The translations under genes and the position numbers were made by a program. A model generated the notes under the pieces. It was given only the letters and a program-made list of their open reading frames with translations. It did no database searches and was not told the origin of the DNA. From assembly GCA_963726745.1 (NCBI GenBank), contig CAVSDR010000001.1, positions 1 to 39,552 of the forward strand: 39,552 nt of DNA. The letters run 5' to 3'. Source of the stretch: an uncultured Verrucomicrobiae bacterium (lineage in GTDB: Bacteria > Verrucomicrobiota > Verrucomicrobiia > Chthoniobacterales > UBA10450). Positions 10,590-18,987 of this stretch are shown piece after piece. The stretch's first letter is position 1. Every line of letters starts with the position of its first letter.

Positions 10590-10907
10590 GTGGAAGGAAC
10601 GTGCGCGATCTGTGGTCGCGAGGAGACGCTCACGCGGCATCACCTGATCCCGCGCACGCGGCACCACAACAAACGGAACAAGCGCGAGTTCGAGCGTGCG
10701 GTCGTCCGGCAGATCGTCGGCCTCTGCCGGCCGTGCCATTCACAGATTCATCAACTCCTCTCGGAAAAGGAACTCGAGCGCGAATACCACACGGTCGAGA
10801 AACTGCGCGCCCATCCCGGGATCGCGAAATTTGCCGAATGGATCGCAACCCGGCCGCGCGGTTTTAAGGCGGCGATGCAACGCGCGCGGGCGCGGAAGTT
10901 GGCGTGA
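10590..10907 (+). CDS. Small HNH-like zinc-binding protein
   Basis: CAICGR...LTRHHLIPR...LCRPCHSQIH (CxxC, HH, CxxCH). Confidence 0.75.
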   Translation: MEGTCAICGREETLTRHHLIPRTRHHNKRNKREFERAVVRQIVGLCRPCHSQIHQLLSEKELEREYHTVEKLRAHPGIAKFAEWIATRPRGFKAAMQRARARKLA

Positions 10908-11694
10908 GGATTCGCTCCGCGCCGGCGTAGACGTTCATCGTTTGGCCGCGCAGGAAGCCGACGAGCGTTTGCCCGCTCTCGGTCGCGAACTCGACGGCTA
11001 AACTCGTAGGCGCGGAGATCGCGGCCACGATCGGGATGCCGGCGGCGAGCGCCTTTTGCATCATCTCGAAGGAAACGCGGCCGCTGAGCAAAAGCACGCG
11101 TCCGCGCAACGGAAGCGCGCCCTCGAGAAAAGCGCGGCCGATGATTTTATCCAGCGCATTGTGCCGGCCCACGTCTTCGCGCGCGACTTCCAGGTTGCCG
11201 TCTAAATCAAAGAGCGCACAGGCGTGGAGGCCGCCGGTGCGGGCAAAAGTTTCCTGCGCGGCGCGCAGCGCATCGGGCAGGCGAAACAACGTCTCCGCGG
11301 ACACGTGGCACCCGTCGGCAATGGCCGGAAAGCTTTGTTGCACCGCCGCGATCGTGGCCTTGCTGCAGATGCCGCAGCTTGAAGAGCTGAAGACATTCCG
11401 CGTGAGCTTTGCCGGATCGAAGGCGGCCGGATTGCGCAGGGTGACGTTAACCACCTGGTCGCCGGTCTCGCCGCATTGCGTGATCTCGAAAAGGTCGCGC
11501 GGATCGCGCAGCAGATTTTCCGTGAGGAGAAAACCAGCGGCGAGCTCGCGGTCGTGCCCCGGGGTGCGCATGAGCACGGCGACGCTCTGGCCTTCGACGC
11601 GCAATTCCAGCGGCGCTTCCGCGGCGACTTCATCCGGTTCACGGCGCGCGGCGCCGTCGGCGTGCAGGCGCAAAATCGAAATCGGCGAACTCAT
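10864..11694 (-). CDS. fdhD: Formate dehydrogenase accessory sulfurtransferase FdhD
   Basis: MRTPGHDRELAAGFL, SSCGICSK, FARTGGLHAC, REDVGRHNALDKIIG, SGRVSFEMMQK, SAPTSLAV, LVGFLR. Confidence 0.93.
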   Translation of the reverse strand: MSSPISILRLHADGAARREPDEVAAEAPLELRVEGQSVAVLMRTPGHDRELAAGFLLTENLLRDPRDLFEITQCGETGDQVVNVTLRNPAAFDPAKLTRNVFSSSSCGICSKATIAAVQQSFPAIADGCHVSAETLFRLPDALRAAQETFARTGGLHACALFDLDGNLEVAREDVGRHNALDKIIGRAFLEGALPLRGRVLLLSGRVSFEMMQKALAAGIPIVAAISAPTSLAVEFATESGQTLVGFLRGQTMNVYAGAERILTPTSAPARVASPP

Positions 11695-12246
11695 GGCAGA
11701 TCGGCGGGCGTGTTGAGATTGGTGAACAGCGGCGCCTCCTCCTCGGTGATGGGTTGCGCCCTAACGAGTCCTTCCAGGAGGCACTCGCGGACGAAGTGTT
11801 GCAGCGAGAGTTGGCCGGTAGCCAGCAACTTCTCCGCGAGCGGCCGTGAGCTTGCCGGGTAAACCGCGCAGAGCGGCTCGAAAAGATCCGTGCGCTGCGG
11901 GACCACACCCTCACCCCGGGCAAGCAAAGCTTGCAGATAATCCGCCCGCATCGCTGGCAGGTCGACCGCGAGCACGAGCAGCCGCGTCGTCTGCATGCGC
12001 CGCAGGCCGGCGACCAAACCGCCAAGCGGCCCACAACCCGGCAAAGCGTCGGCTAAAATTTCGTAGTCGCTCCATTCCGCCCGCGGCGGCCCGGCGAGGA
12101 AAAGCTCGACCGGCGCGAGCGCCTGGAGCAATGCGCATTGCCGCTGCCAGAGCGGCTGCGCCGTCGAACTCGAGGAAGGCCTTGTCGCGGCCCATGCGGC
12201 TCGACCTTCCGCCGGCGAGCAGGAGCGCGCTGAAGGCGGCGTTCAC
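11691..12246 (-). CDS. mobA: Molybdenum cofactor guanylyltransferase; frameshift near 12160
   Basis: LLAGGRSSRMGRDKAFL in one frame continues as QPLWQRQ...GPLGGLVAGL...LAVDLP...EPLCAVY after removing one G. Confidence 0.88.
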
Positions 12247-12722
12247 GCGAGGAGCGCAAGCTCGGCAACACCGGTGGTGAGCCAGCCATCCGAGAGAATC
12301 TCGGCGCGCAGACCACCCTTCCCTTTCAAGGCCTCGAAAGCGCCGGGGGCGAAGGCGGTGTCCATCCAGAAGCACGGCTTGCAGTGTTGCGTCCCGCGAA
12401 AGCGCACGCCCTGGAGCTCGAATTCTTTCCCGATCAAAGCCTGGAGATCGGCGCCGGAGACAAGGACGTTTCGGCGGAGCGCGCCGGCTGATTTCTCCAC
12501 GCCGGGAAATTGCGCCTGCAGCCACTCGAAAACCTCACGCGCGAAAAACGTGACCTGGCCCTGGTAGTCGTCCTTGAAATCAAAGAAGCGATCGCCGCGC
12601 AGGCCGCGGCCGGCGACGCACTCGACGCGCGCGACTTCCTCGAGCGGAAATTGATCCGGCTCGCGCCCGGCGTGGCCGAAGTAGTTGTGACCGGCCGAAA
12701 TGAAAATCTGGTGGATGATCAC
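12243..12722 (-). CDS. MOSC domain protein (molybdenum cofactor sulfur carrier-like)
   Basis: GRGLRGDRFF, LRRNVLVSG, HCKPCFWMD, GGLRAEILSDG; GTG start at 12722. Confidence 0.85.
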   Translation of the reverse strand: MIIHQIFISAGHNYFGHAGREPDQFPLEEVARVECVAGRGLRGDRFFDFKDDYQGQVTFFAREVFEWLQAQFPGVEKSAGALRRNVLVSGADLQALIGKEFELQGVRFRGTQHCKPCFWMDTAFAPGAFEALKGKGGLRAEILSDGWLTTGVAELALLA

Positions 12723-12782
12723 GCCGGCAAAATAGCACACCCGCCTTGCACCCAAAGCCTGCGTCACGGACTTTTCCGGTCC

Positions 12783-14540
12783 ATGGGAACTGTCTGGCGA
12801 GTCTTTGCCTACCTGAAGCGTTATCCGTTGCTCGCCGCCGGGACGATGACCTGCGCGATCGTGGGCACGCTCATGGTCGTGGTCTTCCCGGCCGTCACCA
12901 AGGTGGTGATCGACGAGGTGCTGGTGAAAGGTCGGGCGGAGCGGCTGACTCCGCTGGTCCTGATCGCGGCACTCGCCTTCGTCCTGCAGCACGGGCTGAA
13001 CGCGGTCCGGATTATTTTAAACAACACTTTCGAGCAGAAGGTGATCTTCGACCTGCGGAGCGATCTGTATTCGCACATCCAGATGCTCCCGCTGCGGTGG
13101 TTCGACAATCGCGCCACCGGCGACCTGATGACGCGCATCCTCGAGGATGTGAACTCGGTCGAGCGGATGCTGATCGACGGCGTGGAGCAAGGCGTGGTCG
13201 CGCTCCTGCAGGTGGTGATCGTGCTCGGGATGATGTTTTACGTGAGCACCTCGCTCACGCTCGTGGGCCTGGCGCCGGCGCCGTTCCTCGCGGGCGGCGC
13301 GCTCTGGTACACGCTCACCGCGCACCGGCGCTACCGGCTGCAGCGGCGCGCTTCCTCGGCGATGAATTCGCTCCTGCACGACAACCTTGCCGGCATCCGC
13401 CAGATCAAGAGTTTCGTGCGCGAAGCGGAGGAGCACGGGCGTTTCAACAAGGTCAGCGACCAGCTCCGCCACGCGACTCTGGTGGTGATGAAAGTCTGGG
13501 CGGTCTATCACCCGTCGATGTATCTCATCGGCTCGTTAGGCATCGTCCTCGTGGTCTGGGTGGGCGCACGCGGGGTGCTCGCCGGCTCGATGCAGGTGGG
13601 CGACTTGATCGCGTTCCTGATGCTGACCGGTTTCCTCTACGAGCCGATCAACAAGCTCCATCAACTCAACCAGCTGATGCAGGCCGGCCGGGCCGCGGGC
13701 GAACGGGTCTTCGAGATTATCGACCAGCCGATCGAGCCGGGCTGGGAGACCGAGACCGCGGTCGTCCCGGTGACCGGCGACGTGCGCTACGAGAATGTCG
13801 GCTTTAACTACGGCGACGAGAACGCGCCCGCGCTCCAGGGAATTACCTTCCACGCGCGGCCCGGCGAAACGATCGCGCTCGTCGGGACGACCGGCGCAGG
13901 GAAATCGACATTGGTGAACCTGCTCACGCGTTTCTACGAGCTGACCGCGGGAGAAATCCTGGTCGACGGGAAACCGATCCGCTCCTACGGCGTGCGCACC
14001 TTGCGGAAAATGGTGGGCCTGGTGACGCAGGAGAGTTTCCTCTTCAACGGCTCGATCCGCGAGAATCTGCTCATGGGCAATCCGCAGGCGACGGACGAGG
14101 AAGTCTTGCGCGCGGCGGAAGCGGCAAACGCGCGCGTCTTCATCGATCGCTTGCCCGAAGGACTCGGCAGCGTGGTCGGCGAGCGCGGAGTGAAATTGAG
14201 CGTGGGCGAGAAGCAGCGGCTCTCGATCGCGCGCGCGCTGCTGAAGGACCCGCCGATCCTGATTCTCGACGAGGCGACCGCGAGCGTGGACACGACGACC
14301 GAGCGGTTGATCCAGGAAGCGCTGGAGCATCTAATGGCGCACCGCACTTGCTTCGTGATCGCGCACAGGTTGTCGACTATTTTGCGTGCGGACCAAATCC
14401 TGGTCCTCGAGCGCGGCCGGATCATCGAACGCGGGACGCACGATGAGTTGGTCGCCCTCGGCGGAAAGTATGCGCGCCTTTGGGAACAATCTTTCCTCGA
14501 CGCGACGACTGGCGCGCCGGCGGAAGGCGCTGCGGCCTAA
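12783..14540 (+). CDS. ABC exporter, fused TMD + NBD (MsbA/MdlB-like)
   Basis: N-terminal TM helices; Walker A GTTGAGKST; signature LSVGEKQR; Walker B ILILDEAT; IAHRLST. Confidence 0.92.
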   Translation: MGTVWRVFAYLKRYPLLAAGTMTCAIVGTLMVVVFPAVTKVVIDEVLVKGRAERLTPLVLIAALAFVLQHGLNAVRIILNNTFEQKVIFDLRSDLYSHIQMLPLRWFDNRATGDLMTRILEDVNSVERMLIDGVEQGVVALLQVVIVLGMMFYVSTSLTLVGLAPAPFLAGGALWYTLTAHRRYRLQRRASSAMNSLLHDNLAGIRQIKSFVREAEEHGRFNKVSDQLRHATLVVMKVWAVYHPSMYLIGSLGIVLVVWVGARGVLAGSMQVGDLIAFLMLTGFLYEPINKLHQLNQLMQAGRAAGERVFEIIDQPIEPGWETETAVVPVTGDVRYENVGFNYGDENAPALQGITFHARPGETIALVGTTGAGKSTLVNLLTRFYELTAGEILVDGKPIRSYGVRTLRKMVGLVTQESFLFNGSIRENLLMGNPQATDEEVLRAAEAANARVFIDRLPEGLGSVVGERGVKLSVGEKQRLSIARALLKDPPILILDEATASVDTTTERLIQEALEHLMAHRTCFVIAHRLSTILRADQILVLERGRIIERGTHDELVALGGKYARLWEQSFLDATTGAPAEGAAA

Positions 14541-14549
14541 CGAGCGATT

Positions 14550-15095
14550 TTACTCGGACTGTGCGGCCAGCAGCTCGGCGTATTTCGCCTCGAGCTCGCG
14601 GTAGCGCTGCTCGGCCTCGGCCGCGGCGCGGCGTTCCTCGCGCAGCGCCTGCTCGAGGTCGCGGATGCGCTCCTGGACGGCGATCGACATCCCGGTGGAC
14701 CCGGGGCCGCTGATGAACTCCCCGGTTTGCTCAGCCTCATCCGCGGCTTCGAAAAGCGGCGCGAGGTCGGCGATTTTTTGCCGGGTGGCGTCGCAGGAAT
14801 TGATCACGCTGGTCTGCTCGTCGATCTCCTCCAGGCGAAGAAATTCCCGGATCGACCCGAGGGTGGTCGGGCCGTAAAGCCGCTCGCTCGTGACCTCGAC
14901 GATCCAATCCATTCCCAGCTCGGGGAGCATCGGCGCCTTGATCCAATGCTCCTGGTCGTGGGAGATGGAGTCGTTAGGCGCGACTTGTGCGGAAGAGGCC
15001 CAGCGGGTCAACTGGGCGAAAGGCATCGGCCCAAAGACACTGCCATCATGCTGTTTCCGGAGAAACCATTGATGGACTGCGGGAGACTCGATCAT
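14550..15095 (-). CDS. Hypothetical protein with two GYF_2/DUF4339-like motifs and a C-terminal coiled coil
   Basis: WFLRKQHDGSVFGPMPFAQL...W and WIVEVTSERLYGPTTLGSI repeats; C-terminal heptads. Start overlaps the LysM gene stop. Confidence 0.65.
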   Translation of the reverse strand: MIESPAVHQWFLRKQHDGSVFGPMPFAQLTRWASSAQVAPNDSISHDQEHWIKAPMLPELGMDWIVEVTSERLYGPTTLGSIREFLRLEEIDEQTSVINSCDATRQKIADLAPLFEAADEAEQTGEFISGPGSTGMSIAVQERIRDLEQALREERRAAAEAEQRYRELEAKYAELLAAQSE

Positions 15096-15571
15096 GGATT
15101 AGGCGACGGGCTGGGCGATGCGGACGCGCCCGGCGTGGGAATTTGAATCGTCTGGCCGATCTGGAGCGCGCGGTCGTTCTCGATGTGGTTAAAGCGCTGC
15201 AATTCCTGCACCCCCACTTTGTAGGCCTTGGCGATGGAAGTCAGCGTCTCGCCTTTCGCAACCACGTGGCTGTTGCCGCCGGAGACCGCCGGGGTCGCGC
15301 TCGCCGTGGCCGCGGCGGAGGCGGAAGCGGGCGCAGGCGTGCTTTCGCCGATCATCACGCCGGGACGTTGGCTCGTGAGCATCTGCTCGAGCTTCAGGAT
15401 TTGCTGGGAAAGCGCGTCGAGCTTCAGGTTTTGCTCGTCGATTTTCTTGGTCAATTCGGCGAGCGCCGCGGCCTCGGAGCGTCCTTCAGTGACGGCACTT
15501 TGCGCGGCGGCCATGGGGAGGGAGTTGAGCGCGAGCAGAACGAGGGCGGTGTGCGCCAGGAGCAACTTCAT
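15092..15571 (-). CDS. Secreted LysM peptidoglycan-binding protein with coiled coil
   Basis: Signal peptide MKLLLAHTALVLLAL; C-terminal HVVAKGETLTSIAKAYKVGVQELQRFNHIENDRALQIGQTIQIP. Confidence 0.88.
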   Translation of the reverse strand: MKLLLAHTALVLLALNSLPMAAAQSAVTEGRSEAAALAELTKKIDEQNLKLDALSQQILKLEQMLTSQRPGVMIGESTPAPASASAAATASATPAVSGGNSHVVAKGETLTSIAKAYKVGVQELQRFNHIENDRALQIGQTIQIPTPGASASPSPSPNP

Positions 15572-15632
15572 GGGCAGGGAGCTTGGCACCGGCGTAGAAG
15601 CGTGGCAAGCCTCGCGCACGGTCGTGGGCGGC

Positions 15633-15661
15633 TTGCACTGCAGGGCAATCTTCCATAGCTT
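15633..15661 (+). promoter_or_regulatory. Putative sigma70 promoter of the ubact-prcB-prcA operon (probably leaderless)
   Basis: TTGCAC (15633-15638), 17-bp spacer, TAGCTT (15656-15661), then 6 nt to ATG 15668; no Shine-Dalgarno sequence. Confidence 0.5.
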
Positions 15662-15667
15662 TTTCCC

Positions 15668-15841
15668 ATGCCAGAGCGGATCGAGAAACCGACGGTGCCG
15701 TGGGGCCCGAAGCAGGGCGGCGAGGGCGACGGGCCGAAGGCCCCGGACATCACCCGCCCGGACACGCGCGATCTTCTGAAGAAGATGCGGAAGGTGGATC
15801 CGAACCAGTCGAAGCGCTATCGCCAGCGCACCGGCCAGTGA
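15668..15841 (+). CDS. ubact: Prokaryotic ubiquitin-like protein UBact (57 aa; absent from the supplied ORF track)
   Basis: Manual translation MPERIEKPTVPWGPKQGGEGDGPKAPDITRPDTRDLLKKMRKVDPNQSKRYRQRTGQ*. C-terminal R-T-G-Q fits the UBact R[T/S]G[E/Q] motif; the stop overlaps the proteasome beta start (TGATG). Confidence 0.92.
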   Translation: MPERIEKPTVPWGPKQGGEGDGPKAPDITRPDTRDLLKKMRKVDPNQSKRYRQRTGQ

Positions 15842-16644
15842 TGGACCAGCCCGGGGTGGCGAGCGGTGCGGCGGATTTCGTCGCCTTGCTCCAACGCACG
15901 GGAAATCTCGGCCTAACGAGTCTTCCGACCACGGCTTCGCCCGCCGCGCTCCCACCACAGACGCAGGCGACCACCATCCTGGCGTTTAAGTTTTCCGGCG
16001 GCGTGCTTGTGGCCGGCGACCGGCGCGCCACTGCGGGCAATACCGTGGTCTACGATCGCGCCGACAAGGTGCTGGAGATCGACCGGCACTCGATCATGGC
16101 GATCGCGGGCGTGCCTGCGACCGCCTGGGAGATGGCGCGCGTGCTCGAGCATTCCTTCCAATTTTTCCGGCGCACCCAGCTCCAGGAGATGAGCGTGGAC
16201 GGCAAGGTGAGAGCGCTGTCTAAATTGCTGCGCGACAATTTTGGCTTCGTGATGCAGGGCGTGGGCGTGGTCGTGCCGATCTTCGCGACCTACGACGCCG
16301 CGGGTGAAGGCGGGGCGCGGCTTTACTTTTACGACGCCATGGGCGCGAATTTCGAGGTTGCTGAATATGCCGCCACCGGCTCCGGTTCACCCGCAGTCCG
16401 TGGTGTTCTCTATTACGAAAACCAATGGGGTCCAAAGCGGCTCGCGGAATTGGACCGCGACGAGGCGGTCACCCTCGCCCTGCGCGCACTCGACACCGCG
16501 GCGGAGGCGGACACGGCCACTGGCGGAGTCGATCGACACGGGAAAATTTTCCCGGTGCTGAAAGTGGTCGCGCGCGATGGCATCACAACATTGCCGGACG
16601 AGGAGATCTCGGCGCTCTTCGGGCGCGGAGTTGCTGGACGATGA
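15841..16644 (+). CDS. prcB: 20S proteasome beta subunit (43-aa propeptide)
   Basis: Mature chain starts TTILAFKFSGGVLVAGDRRATAGNTVVYDRADK with Thr1, Asp17 and Lys33 in register; TGSG and DTATGG motifs. Confidence 0.92.
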   Translation: MDQPGVASGAADFVALLQRTGNLGLTSLPTTASPAALPPQTQATTILAFKFSGGVLVAGDRRATAGNTVVYDRADKVLEIDRHSIMAIAGVPATAWEMARVLEHSFQFFRRTQLQEMSVDGKVRALSKLLRDNFGFVMQGVGVVVPIFATYDAAGEGGARLYFYDAMGANFEVAEYAATGSGSPAVRGVLYYENQWGPKRLAELDRDEAVTLALRALDTAAEADTATGGVDRHGKIFPVLKVVARDGITTLPDEEISALFGRGVAGR

Positions 16645-17403
16645 CCGAGGAGCCGTATCGCTGGGTAGAAGCGGTGGCGAACCGCCGGGAATACATCGAG
16701 ACGCAGCTCGCGGAAGGGCAGCCGATCGTAGCCCTCGCCTGCGCGGAGGGAGTCCTCCTGGTCACGCTCGGGAGCACGCGGCAGAAGTTGTTTGAAATCT
16801 ACGATCGCATCGCCCTCGGTGCGATCGGGCATCCGGGCGACATCGAGCGGCTCCGCATGGCGGCGATCGAGCTCGCGAGCACGGAGGGTTTCACCCGCTC
16901 GGCCGCGGATGTGTCGCTCCGGCGGCTGGCCTACTACTCGCTCAGCCCGATGCTCAAGGGCGCCTTCGAGCAAATCTACGGCGCGCCTTTTCTCGCGCGG
17001 ATGCTCTTTGTCGAAATCGGCGAGCGCGCGGAAAACGATCTTTTCCTGCGGGTGGAATACGACGGCGCGATCGCGACCAATGGCGCCACGATTTCGGAAA
17101 GCCGGCAGGAGTTCGGGGTTTTAAGCGGCACTTTCGCCTCTGCGGAAATGATGGAGACGTTTCTCCGGCGCGAGCACCAAGCGTCCGCGCCGCTGAAGGA
17201 TGCGCTGCAAACCGCGATCAACGCCTGGACCGTCGGGAAGCATGGCCCTCGCCGAAAACAGCGCGCGCGAACTCCCGGCTGCGGAAACGATCGCCGCGCG
17301 GCGGCGGGAACAGCAGGGCGCGGTCGAAGCGGTCCTGCTCGAGCGACACGCGCGCAGCGCGCTCTGCTACCGTCCGCTGACGCCGGCAGAGATTGCTGCC
17401 TAA
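16641..17403 (+). CDS. prcA: 20S proteasome alpha subunit; frameshift near 17240
   Basis: MTEEPYRW...RREYIETQLAEGQPIVAL...GVLLV...KLFEIYDRIALGAIGHPGDIERLR...SAADVSLRRL; C-terminus SMALAE...VEAVLLER...YRPL lies in another frame ending at 17403. Confidence 0.88.
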
Positions 17404-17416
17404 CGAGTGCTGCCCC

Positions 17417-18206
17417 ATGCCTCCTGGAACTCCCACGGTCAGCGCGCCTTTCCGGCGCTGGTTGCCTTGGCTCGGGCTCGGGTTGATGGCGGTTTCCTCT
17501 CGCCTGGCTGCAACTCGTGCCGCCCCGCGCGCGCACCACCGCGGCCACCGCCGACGCGCGCGATTCGCGAAGCCTCGCGCGGGTGGTGATCGATGCCGGG
17601 CACGGTGGAAAGGATTCCGGCGCGATCCGGCGCGGAGTGCAGGAAAAAGATCTCACGCTCGACGTGGCCCAGCGGGTGGAGCGCCTGCTCCAAACCAAAG
17701 GGTTGGACACGATCATGACTCGGAGCCGCGACGATCGCGTCTCGCTGGCAGCGCGCGCGGCCCTGGCGAATCGCGCGCGCGATTGCGTCTTCGTGAGCAT
17801 CCACTTTGACGAAGGGGCACGCGCCAGCGCCACGGGCGTGCAAACCTTCTACGCCGCGCGCCAGGCGCAGGACTCGATCATCCCCAGCTGGCTGCCGTTC
17901 CTCCAGCCGGCGGCTTCGGCGGAGCCAGGCACGCGCAGCCAAAGCCTCGCCGGCTTTGTGCAGGAGGCGCTCGTTAGGCAAACCGAAGCGGTCAATCGCG
18001 GAACGCGCGCGGAGCAATTCTACGTGGTCGCAAACGTGCGGCACCCCGCGATTCTGGTCGAGGGCGGGTTTCTTTCAAACGACGCCGATCTCGGCAAGCT
18101 GACCGACCCGGTCTATCGCGAACAGCTGGCCGTGGCGATTGCCGACGGCATCCTGCGCTACGCTGCCGCCACAGCCGTGCCAGCCATGGTCGCCCGGGCT
18201 GAATAG
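17417..18206 (+). CDS. N-acetylmuramoyl-L-alanine amidase (Amidase_3); probable frameshift near 17500-17520 between membrane anchor and catalytic domain
   Basis: VVIDAGHGGKDSGA, EKDLTLDVA, MTRSRD, FVSIHFD, PAILVEGGFLSN; upstream frame has hydrophobic RRWLPWLGLGLMAV. Confidence 0.85.
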
Positions 18207-18239
18207 CGTGTCGCCGCCGGCGTCCAAAAACAAAACCAC

Positions 18240-18978
18240 ATGATGAAACAAGCGCTTCTCCCCCTGCTGGCCGCGTGCCTCCTCCTGCCCGCGAGCGTGC
18301 GCGCCGATGCCGTCCTCTCGACCGTGCAGCAAAAACTCAAGGACCAGGGCTTTTATTACGGCGAGATCAGCGGGCAAAAAGATACCGACACGACCGCGGC
18401 CATCCGGCGCTATCAAATTCGGAACGGCCTCCAGATTACCGGCGAATTGAATGCGGAAACGCAGAAGTCGTTAGGGGTGAAAGGCGCCGTAGCCAGCGCC
18501 CCGCCCCCGGCGGCCACGCCCGCGCGAGTCGCGCCGCCAGCACCGCCCCGGCCCGCCCCACGACCGGAGGAAACCGCGAACCTGCAGGCGCCGGCTCCCC
18601 GCGGTTTCGAGGAAACGACCGCGCCTAACGAGAGCCGGATGACGCTGTCTATTTTTGCCGGCACGCCCTACGAGGGAGCGCCGGCGGAGGTGCAGCAACG
18701 CGTGGTCGTGGGCACGCAGGTGCTCCTGTCGCGCCAGGGACTTTATCGCAGTGGAATTGACGGCAGCTTCGGGCCCGGGACGGCCTTCGCGCTTGCGAGC
18801 CTTCCAGGCGCGCCTCGGGATGGAAGCGAACGGCCGCCTCGACCTGCCCACCCTGGCCGCGCTCGGTCTGCTCCCGGGCCAGCAGTCGCCCGGGATGGTG
18901 GTTCCGCGGCGCGGGAACAGCGTGCGCCGCCCGCTGCGGTATGCGCCCACTGGCGAGCCGGTTTACCAGGGTCGCTAG
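18240..18978 (+). CDS. Secreted peptidoglycan-binding protein (two PG_binding_1 domains); frameshift near 18795
   Basis: Signal peptide; VQQKLKDQGFYYGEISG...TTAAIRRYQIRNGLQITGELNAETQKSLG; second domain QVLLSRQGLYRSGIDGSFGPGT|LRAFQARLGMEANGRLDLPTLAALGL. Confidence 0.85.
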
Positions 18979-18987
18979 GCTGCCGGA

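Noticed and set aside
10590..10907. HNH protein as a homing endonuclease or defence nuclease
   Set aside because: Very small, sits in a housekeeping operon, no intron, methyltransferase or mobile context.
15700..15840. N-terminal extension of the proteasome beta ORF given in the ORF track
   Set aside because: Overlaps the UBact gene in another frame; ATG 15841 coupled to the UBact stop is the better start.
15841..16644. HslV or Anbu instead of a true proteasome beta subunit
   Set aside because: Has a long propeptide, an adjacent alpha subunit and a UBact gene; no hslU.
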